From an uncultured bacterium (GTDB lineage: Bacteria; Krumholzibacteriota; Krumholzibacteriia; Krumholzibacteriales; Krumholzibacteriaceae): a stretch of DNA of 64,000 nucleotides. The notes under the pieces are model-generated. The model was not told the origin of the DNA. It searched no databases and saw nothing but the letters and a program-made list of their open reading frames with translations. Numbering within the stretch: position 1 is the first letter of the stretch; every line of letters starts with the position of its first letter. The position numbers and the translations under genes are program-made. This document shows positions 47,969 through 57,181 of this stretch, one piece after another. The DNA lies in NCBI GenBank assembly GCA_963813815.1, contig CAWFAD010000007.1:352001-416000 (forward strand), read 5' to 3'.

Positions 47969-50483
47969 CAAGCGTCTTCAGCTGGTGCTAGCGCTGGTGG
48001 TGTTCATCGTGCCGTTTGTCGTCTATTTTTTGACGATGGCGGCGACGGTGTCGTTCTGGGACAGCGGCGAGTTCATAGCGACGAGCTACATACTGGGGAT
48101 ACCGCATTCGCCGGGGACGCCGCTGTACGTGCTGGTGGGGCGGGTGTTCACGATGCTGCCGTTGCCGCTGTCGATTGCGGAGCGAGTGAACCTGCTGTCG
48201 GTGGTGTTTTCGGCGCTGGCGTCGATGATGGTGTATCTGATCGTGACGGCGACGGTGCGGTTCATGTATCCGGCGCTGAAGGGCGGGATGGGGCGGTTCA
48301 TGGTGCACGCGGGGGGGTTGACGGGTGCGTTTTTTCTTGCGTTCAGCACGACGTTTTGGTGGGACGCGACGGAGGCGGAGGTATACGCGCTGAGCTCGTT
48401 CGTGATGGGGCTGTGCACGTGGCTGGCTCTCTCGTGGTATCGCAACCCCGCGGGGCACGCGGCGGTGGCGGACGGGGGGAAGGCGGTCGAGATCGAGGAG
48501 GTTCAGGAGCGCCGGCACGCGCGGGGGCTCGTGTATCTCATCGTGTATCTGCTGGCGCTGGGGATCGGGTTTCACCTGGGGACGATTCTGGTGTTCGGCG
48601 GCATATTTCTGCTGTTTTTGCTCGTGAAGGAGAAGGCGTTTTCGAACGCGGAGCTCATCATCTTCACCTTCGGTTTGGCGGTGCTGCTGGCGGACATGAC
48701 GCTGTACCGCAGCTCGGCGGCGACGGTCGTGGGGCTGCTGGTGTTCGCGGCGCTGGTCGTGTGGGCGACGAAGGCGCGGGGGCGGTTCGCGCTGGCGTCG
48801 ACGGGGCTTTTGGCGCTCGGTTTGTCGGTGCACCTCTATCTCTACATTCGTTCGCATCTCGATCCGGGGATCGACATGGTCGATCCGGAGACGTGGAAGG
48901 CGATGTACGCGCATCTGCGCCGGGAGCAGTATCCGCCGATCAACGTGCTCGAGCGGAAGGCGTCGCTGGCGTTTCAGCTGAGGCACTTCGGCGGGTATTT
49001 TCGCGAGCAGTTCCGGATGACGGGGGACGCGTACGTCGGGCCGTTCAACGCGGGGCAGGCGCTGACGGCGATTCCGGTGGCGCTCGGGTTTTTGGGGATC
49101 GCGGCGAACTGGGTGCGGGAGCGGCGGACGTGGGCGCTCAACTTCGCGAACCTGGCGATCAACTCGGCGGGGCTCTTGGTGTTTTTGAACTTCAGCGCGA
49201 GCGAGGTGCGTGAGCGGGATTATTTTTACGGTCCGGCGTTTTACTTTTTCGCGGTGTTCATCGGGATCGGGGCCTCGTGGCTGCTCGTGACGGTCGCCGA
49301 GTGGGCCGAGCGGCGGCGGGCGGAGCGGTTCGGGTACGTGGTGCCGGTCGGAGCCCTCTGCATCGTCCTCTCGCTCCTCCCCATCCGCCACAACTGGTGG
49401 ACCCACGACCGGTCGGAGCACTATTTCGCCGAAGACTACGGTCGCAACATGCTGGGGAGCCTCGAGTCAGGGGCGATCCTCTTCACCTACGGCGACAACG
49501 ACACGTATCCGCTCTGGTATCTGCAGAACGTCGAGCGGTTCCGGACCGACGTGCGGATCGCGAACCTGAGCCTCCTCCACACGGACTGGTACATCAAGCA
49601 GCTCCGCGACCGGGAGCCGAAGGTGCCCATCGCCTACACCGACGAGGAGATCGAGAACCTCCGCCCCGTTGCCCTCAAGGGAGGCGGCATCGCCTGGCGG
49701 AACGACCTCATGGTGCAGCACATCATCAACGAAACCGCGTGGAAGCGCCCGATCTATTTCTCGACGGGTGCCGCCTTCGAGTCATGGAAGCCGTACGCCG
49801 AATATCTCGAGATGGAGGGCCTCGCCCGCAGGCTCGTTCCGCGGCAGGGATCGAACCAGGTGAACGCCGCCATACTCGAGCGCAATCTCAGCGAGATATT
49901 CGCCTATCGAGGGGTCGTCGATCGCGACTGGCGTCCCGACAACTCGATCTACCGCGAAAAGGATTTCCGGTTCGTTCTCAACAACTACGCCGTCGCCATG
50001 CTGCAGCTCGCCGGCGTCAGGGCGAGCGAGCGCGATTTCGCGGGGGGGGCGCTGTGGGTGGAGCGCGCGCTGCTCTTCGAACCGGAGCTCAAGCCCGGCA
50101 AGGAAATTCTCGGAACGTACTACGCGCTCGGCGGCGACGTGGCGAGCGGCATCGCCTACTACGACAGCCTCGTGAAAGCGGAGCCCGCGACGGGCGAGTA
50201 CTGGCTTCGCTACGCGCGGCTTCTGGCCATCGAGGGGCGGACGGATCTCGCGCTCGCCACGGTCGACGAGGGTATCGCGGGCCTTCCCGAGTTCCGCCAG
50301 CTCTACATCGAGGGGTTCCAGCACGCCGCGCGCGCCGGGCTCGCCGACACGGCGCGAAGCTACATCGAGCGCTGGCTCGAAAAGCACCCCGACGACAACG
50401 AGTTCTCGGCGACGCTGCGCGACTTCGGCGCGATCATGGAGGAGGCGCGGCGGGCGGCCTCCGCTCCCCGCGACGGGAGCTAG
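47961..50483 (+). CDS. DUF2723/TMEM260-like GT-C glycosyltransferase with C-terminal TPR-like region, copy 1
   Basis: FWDSGEF...LGIPHSPGTPLY, ATEAEVY, RERDYFY, GDNDTYPLWY; many TM helices; helical C-terminus. Confidence 0.88.
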   Translation: MSDKRLQLVLALVVFIVPFVVYFLTMAATVSFWDSGEFIATSYILGIPHSPGTPLYVLVGRVFTMLPLPLSIAERVNLLSVVFSALASMMVYLIVTATVRFMYPALKGGMGRFMVHAGGLTGAFFLAFSTTFWWDATEAEVYALSSFVMGLCTWLALSWYRNPAGHAAVADGGKAVEIEEVQERRHARGLVYLIVYLLALGIGFHLGTILVFGGIFLLFLLVKEKAFSNAELIIFTFGLAVLLADMTLYRSSAATVVGLLVFAALVVWATKARGRFALASTGLLALGLSVHLYLYIRSHLDPGIDMVDPETWKAMYAHLRREQYPPINVLERKASLAFQLRHFGGYFREQFRMTGDAYVGPFNAGQALTAIPVALGFLGIAANWVRERRTWALNFANLAINSAGLLVFLNFSASEVRERDYFYGPAFYFFAVFIGIGASWLLVTVAEWAERRRAERFGYVVPVGALCIVLSLLPIRHNWWTHDRSEHYFAEDYGRNMLGSLESGAILFTYGDNDTYPLWYLQNVERFRTDVRIANLSLLHTDWYIKQLRDREPKVPIAYTDEEIENLRPVALKGGGIAWRNDLMVQHIINETAWKRPIYFSTGAAFESWKPYAEYLEMEGLARRLVPRQGSNQVNAAILERNLSEIFAYRGVVDRDWRPDNSIYREKDFRFVLNNYAVAMLQLAGVRASERDFAGGALWVERALLFEPELKPGKEILGTYYALGGDVASGIAYYDSLVKAEPATGEYWLRYARLLAIEGRTDLALATVDEGIAGLPEFRQLYIEGFQHAARAGLADTARSYIERWLEKHPDDNEFSATLRDFGAIMEEARRAASAPRDGS
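47967..49417 (+). repeat. Direct repeat copy A (about 1.45 kb), matching 50630-52080
   Basis: Matches at offset 2663 by inspection; the overlapping alternative-frame ORFs in the track are also identical. Confidence 0.93.
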
Positions 50484-50623
50484 CCCGGTTGCGCCCGAAG
50501 CCCCGCGCCGCCCGGCGGGTCCGGCCCCGCCCGCCCCAGAAAATGCTTCCAAATAACGCGGAGTTTTTGTAGTTTTAACGAGTTCCGACATCTCCGGAAC
50601 TCCGTCATCGAGGTGCGATCGGT

Positions 50624-53158
50624 ATGTCCGACAAGCGTCTTCAGCTGGTGCTAGCGCTGGTGGTGTTCATCGTGCCGTTTGTCGTCTATTTTTTGACGAT
50701 GGCGGCGACGGTGTCGTTCTGGGACAGCGGCGAGTTCATAGCGACGAGCTACATACTGGGGATACCGCATTCGCCGGGGACGCCGCTGTACGTGCTGGTG
50801 GGGCGGGTGTTCACGATGCTGCCGTTGCCGCTGTCGATTGCGGAGCGAGTGAACCTGCTGTCGGTGGTGTTTTCGGCGCTGGCGTCGATGATGGTGTATC
50901 TGATCGTGACGGCGACGGTGCGGTTCATGTATCCGGCGCTGAAGGGCGGGATGGGGCGGTTCATGGTGCACGCGGGGGGGTTGACGGGTGCGTTTTTTCT
51001 TGCGTTCAGCACGACGTTTTGGTGGGACGCGACGGAGGCGGAGGTATACGCGCTGAGCTCGTTCGTGATGGGGCTGTGCACGTGGCTGGCTCTCTCGTGG
51101 TATCGCAACCCCGCGGGGCACGCGGCGGTGGCGGACGGGGGGAAGGCGGTCGAGATCGAGGAGGTTCAGGAGCGCCGGCACGCGCGGGGGCTCGTGTATC
51201 TCATCGTGTATCTGCTGGCGCTGGGGATCGGGTTTCACCTGGGGACGATTCTGGTGTTCGGCGGCATATTTCTGCTGTTTTTGCTCGTGAAGGAGAAGGC
51301 GTTTTCGAACGCGGAGCTCATCATCTTCACCTTCGGTTTGGCGGTGCTGCTGGCGGACATGACGCTGTACCGCAGCTCGGCGGCGACGGTCGTGGGGCTG
51401 CTGGTGTTCGCGGCGCTGGTCGTGTGGGCGACGAAGGCGCGGGGGCGGTTCGCGCTGGCGTCGACGGGGCTTTTGGCGCTCGGTTTGTCGGTGCACCTCT
51501 ATCTCTACATTCGTTCGCATCTCGATCCGGGGATCGACATGGTCGATCCGGAGACGTGGAAGGCGATGTACGCGCATCTGCGCCGGGAGCAGTATCCGCC
51601 GATCAACGTGCTCGAGCGGAAGGCGTCGCTGGCGTTTCAGCTGAGGCACTTCGGCGGGTATTTTCGCGAGCAGTTCCGGATGACGGGGGACGCGTACGTC
51701 GGGCCGTTCAACGCGGGGCAGGCGCTGACGGCGATTCCGGTGGCGCTCGGGTTTTTGGGGATCGCGGCGAACTGGGTGCGGGAGCGGCGGACGTGGGCGC
51801 TCAACTTCGCGAACCTGGCGATCAACTCGGCGGGGCTCTTGGTGTTTTTGAACTTCAGCGCGAGCGAGGTGCGTGAGCGGGATTATTTTTACGGTCCGGC
51901 GTTTTACTTTTTCGCGGTGTTCATCGGGATCGGGGCCTCGTGGCTGCTCGTGACGGTCGCCGAGTGGGCCGAGCGGCGGCGGGCGGAGCGGTTCGGGTAC
52001 GTGGTGCCGGTCGGAGCCCTCTGCATCGTCCTCTCGCTCCTCCCCATCCGCCACAACTGGTGGACCCACGACCGGTCGGACAACTACATTGCGAGGGATT
52101 ACGCGCACAACATGCTCGCCGGGCTCGAGTCCGGAGCGATCCTCTTCACGAACGGCGACAACGACACGTATCCGCTCTGGTATCTGCAGAACGTCGAGCG
52201 GTTCCGGACCGACGTGCGCGTCGCGAACCTCAACCTGCTCAACACGGACTGGTACATCAAGCAGCTCCGCGACCGGGAGCCGAAGGTGCCCATCGCCTAC
52301 ACCGACGAGGAGATCGAGAACCTCCGCCCCGTTGCCCTCAAGGGAGGCGGCATCGCCTGGCGGCGCGACCAGGCGGTGCAGCACGTCATCAACGAGGCGA
52401 GTTGGAAGCGTCCGATCTACTTCGCGGTCACGGTGCCGCTCGAGATCTGGCGGCCGTACGAACGGTATCTCGAGACGGAGGGGATCGTGCGCCGTCTCGT
52501 TCCGACCGCGGGGGAGGACCGCGTCAACGAGTATCTCCTCGCGCGCAACCTCGACGAGATCTACCGCTTCAGAGGCATGCTCACGGCCGGTGGCGCGGTC
52601 GATTCCACGATCTACAAGGACCGGGACGTGCGAGCCACCTTCGTCAATTTCGCCGTCGCGGCGGCGCAGCTTGGCCAGCAGCGGGCGATCGCCAAGGATT
52701 TCGACGACGCGATTCGCCGGATGGAGCTCGCGCTCGCGCTCGATCCCGGTCTCGATGCCGCGAAGGTGCTGCTCGGCAGCTACTATATGATGGCGGGCAG
52801 GGACGCGGACGCGATCGCGCATTACCTCCGGGCGATCGCGGAGGAGCCGGGACAGGGGGAATACTGGGTGCGGCTCGCCCGGATCTACGAGTTCAAGGAG
52901 CAACTGCCGTTCGCGATGCAGAATCTCGGCGAGGGTATCCGCCTCGCTCCCGACCACCGGCAGCTCTATATCGACGCGTTCCGCGTCGCGGCCCTCATGG
53001 GGGATGCCGATCGGGCGAAGGGGTTCATCGCCCGGTGGCTCGAACGGCACCCGGAGGACGAGGAGATGCAGGCCGTCCTCGAGGGGGCGGACCGGCTGCT
53101 CGAGGAGGAGTTCGGACTCGACGGCTCGGAGCGGCCGCGCGGAGGGGGCGACGAATGA
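50624..53158 (+). CDS. DUF2723/TMEM260-like GT-C glycosyltransferase with C-terminal TPR-like region, copy 2
   Basis: Same N-terminal ~485 aa as copy 1; divergent C-terminus with TPR-like A..LDP..AKVLLG.YY...A..HY..A motif. Confidence 0.88.
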   Translation: MSDKRLQLVLALVVFIVPFVVYFLTMAATVSFWDSGEFIATSYILGIPHSPGTPLYVLVGRVFTMLPLPLSIAERVNLLSVVFSALASMMVYLIVTATVRFMYPALKGGMGRFMVHAGGLTGAFFLAFSTTFWWDATEAEVYALSSFVMGLCTWLALSWYRNPAGHAAVADGGKAVEIEEVQERRHARGLVYLIVYLLALGIGFHLGTILVFGGIFLLFLLVKEKAFSNAELIIFTFGLAVLLADMTLYRSSAATVVGLLVFAALVVWATKARGRFALASTGLLALGLSVHLYLYIRSHLDPGIDMVDPETWKAMYAHLRREQYPPINVLERKASLAFQLRHFGGYFREQFRMTGDAYVGPFNAGQALTAIPVALGFLGIAANWVRERRTWALNFANLAINSAGLLVFLNFSASEVRERDYFYGPAFYFFAVFIGIGASWLLVTVAEWAERRRAERFGYVVPVGALCIVLSLLPIRHNWWTHDRSDNYIARDYAHNMLAGLESGAILFTNGDNDTYPLWYLQNVERFRTDVRVANLNLLNTDWYIKQLRDREPKVPIAYTDEEIENLRPVALKGGGIAWRRDQAVQHVINEASWKRPIYFAVTVPLEIWRPYERYLETEGIVRRLVPTAGEDRVNEYLLARNLDEIYRFRGMLTAGGAVDSTIYKDRDVRATFVNFAVAAAQLGQQRAIAKDFDDAIRRMELALALDPGLDAAKVLLGSYYMMAGRDADAIAHYLRAIAEEPGQGEYWVRLARIYEFKEQLPFAMQNLGEGIRLAPDHRQLYIDAFRVAALMGDADRAKGFIARWLERHPEDEEMQAVLEGADRLLEEEFGLDGSERPRGGGDE
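50630..52080 (+). repeat. Direct repeat copy B (about 1.45 kb), matching 47967-49417
   Basis: Matches copy A at offset 2663. Confidence 0.93.
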
Positions 53159-54129
53159 AACGATCGGTCGTGGTGACCGGAGCGGCGGGATTCATCGGGT
53201 CGCACCTGTGCGAGCGTCTTCTCGACGACGGGTTCGAGGTGCTCGGGGTCGACTGTCTCACCGATTACTACAGCCCCGCGCGCAAGCGCGGCCACATCGC
53301 CGCCCTTCGCAGCCGCGCGGGTTTCCGCTTCGCCGAGGAGGATCTCGCGACGGCCGACGTCGGCCGTTTGCTCGAGGGGACGGACGGCGTGTTCCACCTC
53401 GCCGCGCAGGCAGGCGTCCGCTCGAGCTGGGGGAAGGACTTCAAGCCCTACCTCGACTCGAACGTGCTCGCCACGCAGCGTCTCCTCGAAGCGGTGAAGG
53501 GACGGGCCGGCACGCGGATCGTCCACGCGAGCTCGAGCTCCGTGTACGGCGAACCGAAGGAGCTCCCGATGCGCGAGGACGCCGAGAAGTCGCCGCGTTC
53601 GCCCTACGGCGCCACCAAGCTCGCCGCCGAGCATCTCCTCGAGTTGTACCGGATCGGGTTCGGCGTCGCCTACCGGGCGCTGCGGTTCTTCACCGTGTAC
53701 GGCCCCCGGCAGCGCCCCGACATGGCCTTCAGCAGGTTCATCCAAGCGGGACTGTCCGGAGTCCCCATCGAGGTGTACGGCGACGGGGAGCAGACGAGGG
53801 ATTTCACGTACGTCTCCGACGCCGTCGAGGCGGCCGTGCTCGCCTATCGCTACGAGGGGCCCGAGACGGTGTTCAACATCGGCGGCGGCAGCCGCACGTC
53901 GCTCGCCGACGCCATCGGCATCGTGGCCGCCGGGCTCGGGGGACGTCTCGCCGTGCGCCGCCTCGAGAGCGCGAAAGGGGACGTGGGCGACACGCTCGCC
54001 GACACGTCGCGCGCGCGGCGCGAGCTCGGGTTCGCTCCCCGCGTCGGGCTCGCCGAGGGCATTCGGAACGAGATCGCGTGGTACCGGGAGTATATCGCGG
54101 GAACCGAAGGGAGGACGAGCTCCTCATGA
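53155..54129 (+). CDS. NAD-dependent nucleotide-sugar epimerase (UDP-glucuronate 4-epimerase-like)
   Basis: TGAAGFIGSH, HLAAQAGVR, SSSSVYG, YGATK, RFFTVYGPRQRPDMA. Confidence 0.92.
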   Translation: MKRSVVVTGAAGFIGSHLCERLLDDGFEVLGVDCLTDYYSPARKRGHIAALRSRAGFRFAEEDLATADVGRLLEGTDGVFHLAAQAGVRSSWGKDFKPYLDSNVLATQRLLEAVKGRAGTRIVHASSSSVYGEPKELPMREDAEKSPRSPYGATKLAAEHLLELYRIGFGVAYRALRFFTVYGPRQRPDMAFSRFIQAGLSGVPIEVYGDGEQTRDFTYVSDAVEAAVLAYRYEGPETVFNIGGGSRTSLADAIGIVAAGLGGRLAVRRLESAKGDVGDTLADTSRARRELGFAPRVGLAEGIRNEIAWYREYIAGTEGRTSSS

Positions 54130-55067
54130 CAGTGAAAACGAGCTATTTCGGATCGGCCGTCGTTCCACTCTACAACGAGCGCGAGAGCCTCGTTGAGCTC
54201 CATCGCCAGCTCGCCGCGGTGATGGATCGCACGTTCGCGGGGTACGAGCTCATCTTCGTCGACGACGGGTCGACGGACGGCTCCATCGAGACGCTGCGGG
54301 AGCTCCGTCTCGGCGACCGGCGCGTGAAGATCATATCCTTCCGCCGCAACTACGGCAAGTCGGCCGCGCTCTCCGAGGCGTTCAAGGCGGCGCGCGGCGA
54401 TATCGTCGTCACGATCGACGCCGATCTTCAGGACAACCCCGAGGAGATCCCCGGCCTCGTCGCCAAGCTCGAGGAGGGGTACGATCTCGTCTCCGGCTGG
54501 AAGCTCAAGCGCAAGGACCCGCTCACGAAGACGCTGCCGTCGCGGCTCTTCAATCTCACCACCTCGCTCGTGAGCGGCATCAAGCTGCACGATTTCAACT
54601 GCGGTCTCAAGGCGTATCGCGGCGAGGTCGTCAAGCGCATCTCGATCTACGGCGAGCTGCATCGCTTCATACCCGTCATCGCCGGATGGGAGGGGTTCCG
54701 CGTGACGGAGAAGCGGGTGACGCACTTCGAGCGCAAGTACGGCCAGAGCAAGTTCGGCGCGCGCCGCTTTCTCAACGGCATGTTCGATCTCATGACGGTC
54801 ATGTTCCTCACGCGGCGCGCCTCGACGCCGTTCCATTTCTTCGGACGCGTCGCCTTTTTCTTTCTGGCCGCGGGCTCCCTCATCACGCTCTATTTTCTCG
54901 CGATCTGGATGTTCGGACACGGGCTCCGCGTGCGGCCGCTCATGGTCGGCGGACTCGTCATGATCGTGATCGCGATCCAGATCGGGTCGTTCGGGCTTCT
55001 CGCGGAGCTCTTCACGTCGCGGGTCGAGCGAACCTTCGCGTACCGCGAGCAGAGCATCGATGACTAA
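54126..55067 (+). CDS. GT2 polyprenol-phosphate glycosyltransferase (ArnC/GtrB-like, C-terminal TMs)
   Basis: VPLYNE, VDDGSTD, RNYGKS.AL, DADLQD.P, DFNCGLKAYR, ELHRFIP. Confidence 0.9.
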   Translation: MTVKTSYFGSAVVPLYNERESLVELHRQLAAVMDRTFAGYELIFVDDGSTDGSIETLRELRLGDRRVKIISFRRNYGKSAALSEAFKAARGDIVVTIDADLQDNPEEIPGLVAKLEEGYDLVSGWKLKRKDPLTKTLPSRLFNLTTSLVSGIKLHDFNCGLKAYRGEVVKRISIYGELHRFIPVIAGWEGFRVTEKRVTHFERKYGQSKFGARRFLNGMFDLMTVMFLTRRASTPFHFFGRVAFFFLAAGSLITLYFLAIWMFGHGLRVRPLMVGGLVMIVIAIQIGSFGLLAELFTSRVERTFAYREQSIDD

Positions 55068-56217
55068 GGGACCTGCACGGCGCCGCTACTGTCTCGTCGG
55101 ACCCGCGTACCCGTACCGGGGAGGCATCTCGCATTACAACACGTGCCTCATCCGGGAGCTCTCCGGGAAGAGCGACGTGCGGGCGATCAATTTCTCGCGC
55201 TTGTACCCCGGCTTCCTCTTTCCGGGGAAGACGCAGTTCGACGAGAGCGCGCGGCCGCTCGAGGCGCCCTCGCTCCGGCTCGTCGATTCGCTCAATCCGT
55301 TGTCCTGGATTCGCGCCGGCGCGGCGGCGGCGCGTTTCCGTCCCGACGCCGTGCTCGTTCAGTGGTGGCATCCCTTCTTCGCCCTTTCGATGGCCGCGCT
55401 CTGCGCCGTCGTCAGGATGCGGTGCCGCGCGAAGATCGTTTTCATCTGCCACAACGTTCTGCCGCACGAGCGCTCCCTCGTCGACGCGACGCTCGCCCGC
55501 GTCGCCTTCGCGGCGGCGGACGCCTTCGTCGTTCAGTCGAACGAGGACCGCGGCAAGCTCTCGCGGATCAAGCGCCGCTCTCCGGTCATCGTGCATCCGC
55601 ATCCCAGCTACGATTTCTTCGCCTCGGGGGGGTTCACGCGGGAGAGCGCGCGCTCGGCGATCGGAGAGGGCGCGGGGCCGCTCGTGCTCTTTTTCGGGTA
55701 CGTGCGGGGCTACAAGGGCCTGCGGTATCTTCTCGAGGCCATGCCGGCGCTGCGCGAGCGAGTGCCGGCCCGGCTGCTCGTCGTCGGGGAGTTCTACGAC
55801 AGCCGCTCCCCCTACGACGAGCTCGTCTCGAGGCTCGGCCTCGGGGACGCCGTCCGCTTCGTCGACCGCTACGTCGGAAACGAGGAGGTGGAGGCGTACT
55901 TTGCCGCGAGCGATCTCGTCGTCCTGCCCTACGTGTCGGCGACGCAGAGCGGCATCGCTCAGATCGCCATCGCCTTCGACCGTCCCGCCGTCGTGACGGA
56001 CGTCGGAGGGCTTCCCGAGGCGATCGCTCACGAGCGAACGGGATTCGTCGTGCCGCCGCGCGATCCGGCCGCCCTCGCCGGCGCGATGGCGCGGTTCTTC
56101 GAGGAAGGCTGGGCGGGGAAAATGGCGCCGCTCTTCGCGGAGGAGAAGCGGCGCTTCTCGTGGAGCGCCATGGCGGAAGCGGTCGAGGGGCTTCTCGACC
56201 GCCTCGAACGCGGGTGA
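55060..56217 (+). CDS. Glycosyltransferase family 4
   Basis: GPAYPYRGGIS.Y, QWWHPFF, HNVLPHE, FFGYVR.YKGL, PY.SATQSG. Confidence 0.9.
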   Translation: MTKGPARRRYCLVGPAYPYRGGISHYNTCLIRELSGKSDVRAINFSRLYPGFLFPGKTQFDESARPLEAPSLRLVDSLNPLSWIRAGAAAARFRPDAVLVQWWHPFFALSMAALCAVVRMRCRAKIVFICHNVLPHERSLVDATLARVAFAAADAFVVQSNEDRGKLSRIKRRSPVIVHPHPSYDFFASGGFTRESARSAIGEGAGPLVLFFGYVRGYKGLRYLLEAMPALRERVPARLLVVGEFYDSRSPYDELVSRLGLGDAVRFVDRYVGNEEVEAYFAASDLVVLPYVSATQSGIAQIAIAFDRPAVVTDVGGLPEAIAHERTGFVVPPRDPAALAGAMARFFEEGWAGKMAPLFAEEKRRFSWSAMAEAVEGLLDRLERG

Positions 56218-56224
56218 GGACCGG

Positions 56225-57112
56225 GTGGATCGCACCATCCACGTCATCGTTCTCAACTGGAACGGCGCCGCCGTGCTCGGAGAATGCCTCGCCTCCCTCG
56301 CGAGGGTTCGCGGGCCGCGCCTCGAGATCATCGTCGTGGACAACGCTTCGACGGACGGTTCCGCCGGCATCATCCGGCGCGGCCACCCCGGAATCGAGCT
56401 TCTCGTGAACGAGCGCAATCTGCTCTTCGCCGGGGGAAACAACGTCGGGATGCGGCGCGCGATGGAACGGGGAGCCCGGCGCATCCTTCTCCTCAACAAC
56501 GACACCGAGGTGGATCCCGACTTCGCCGGGCGCCTGCTCGACTCGCTCGAGACCGATCCGCGGGCGGGGATAGCGGGGCCGAAGATCCTCTATCACGGCG
56601 ATCCGGAGCGGATCTGGTACGGCGGGGCGGATTTCTATCCGATCATCGGCGTGCCGCGTCATCGCAACATCCGCCGCAGGGACGGCGCTTTTCCCGAGCG
56701 CGCCGTCGAGACGGGGTGGGTGTCGGGATGCGCGATGCTCGTGCGGCGGGAGGTCGTCGAGGCGATCGGGTATCTCGATCCTTCCTACGAGATGTACTGC
56801 GAGGACGTCGATTACTGTCTCCGGGCGCGGCTCGCGGGGTGGCGCTGCCGATACGAGCCGGAGGCCCGCGTGTGGCACAAGGTGAGCTCCTCGAGCGGGG
56901 GCGGCATGACGCCCTTCAAGCTCGAGAACAGGATCGCGAGCACGAAGCGGCTCTTCGCGCGCTTCAGGCCCTTGTGGTGGCGGGCGCTGCTCGCGCCGGC
57001 GCACGCGGCGGGGCTCGCGCTGCTCGTGGCGGGGTTCATCGCGAGCGGCAGGGCGCAGCTGGCGCGCGCGGCGTGGCGCGGCGCATGGCGCCGCCGAAGA
57101 GAGGCACCCTAA
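56225..57112 (+). CDS. Glycosyltransferase family 2
   Basis: LNWNG, VDNASTD, FAGGNN.G, LLNNDT, GCAML, EDVDYC. Confidence 0.9.
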   Translation: MDRTIHVIVLNWNGAAVLGECLASLARVRGPRLEIIVVDNASTDGSAGIIRRGHPGIELLVNERNLLFAGGNNVGMRRAMERGARRILLLNNDTEVDPDFAGRLLDSLETDPRAGIAGPKILYHGDPERIWYGGADFYPIIGVPRHRNIRRRDGAFPERAVETGWVSGCAMLVRREVVEAIGYLDPSYEMYCEDVDYCLRARLAGWRCRYEPEARVWHKVSSSSGGGMTPFKLENRIASTKRLFARFRPLWWRALLAPAHAAGLALLVAGFIASGRAQLARAAWRGAWRRRREAP

Positions 57113-57131
57113 GGCAATCATTTTTAATGGG

Positions 57132-57160
57132 TTGCTTGGAACGCCGAGAAGTGGTACTCT
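57132..57160 (+). promoter_or_regulatory. Putative sigma70 promoter of the yfhO-like gene
   Basis: AT-rich upstream tract; TTGCTT-17 bp-TACTCT with extended -10 TG. Confidence 0.55.
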
Positions 57161-57181
57161 TTGAAGTGACGGAGGTAATGT

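Noticed and set aside
47961..53158. Diversity-generating retroelement explanation for the DUF2723 duplication
   Set aside because: No reverse transcriptase in the window, the repeat is far longer than a TR/VR pair, and differences do not look adenine-specific
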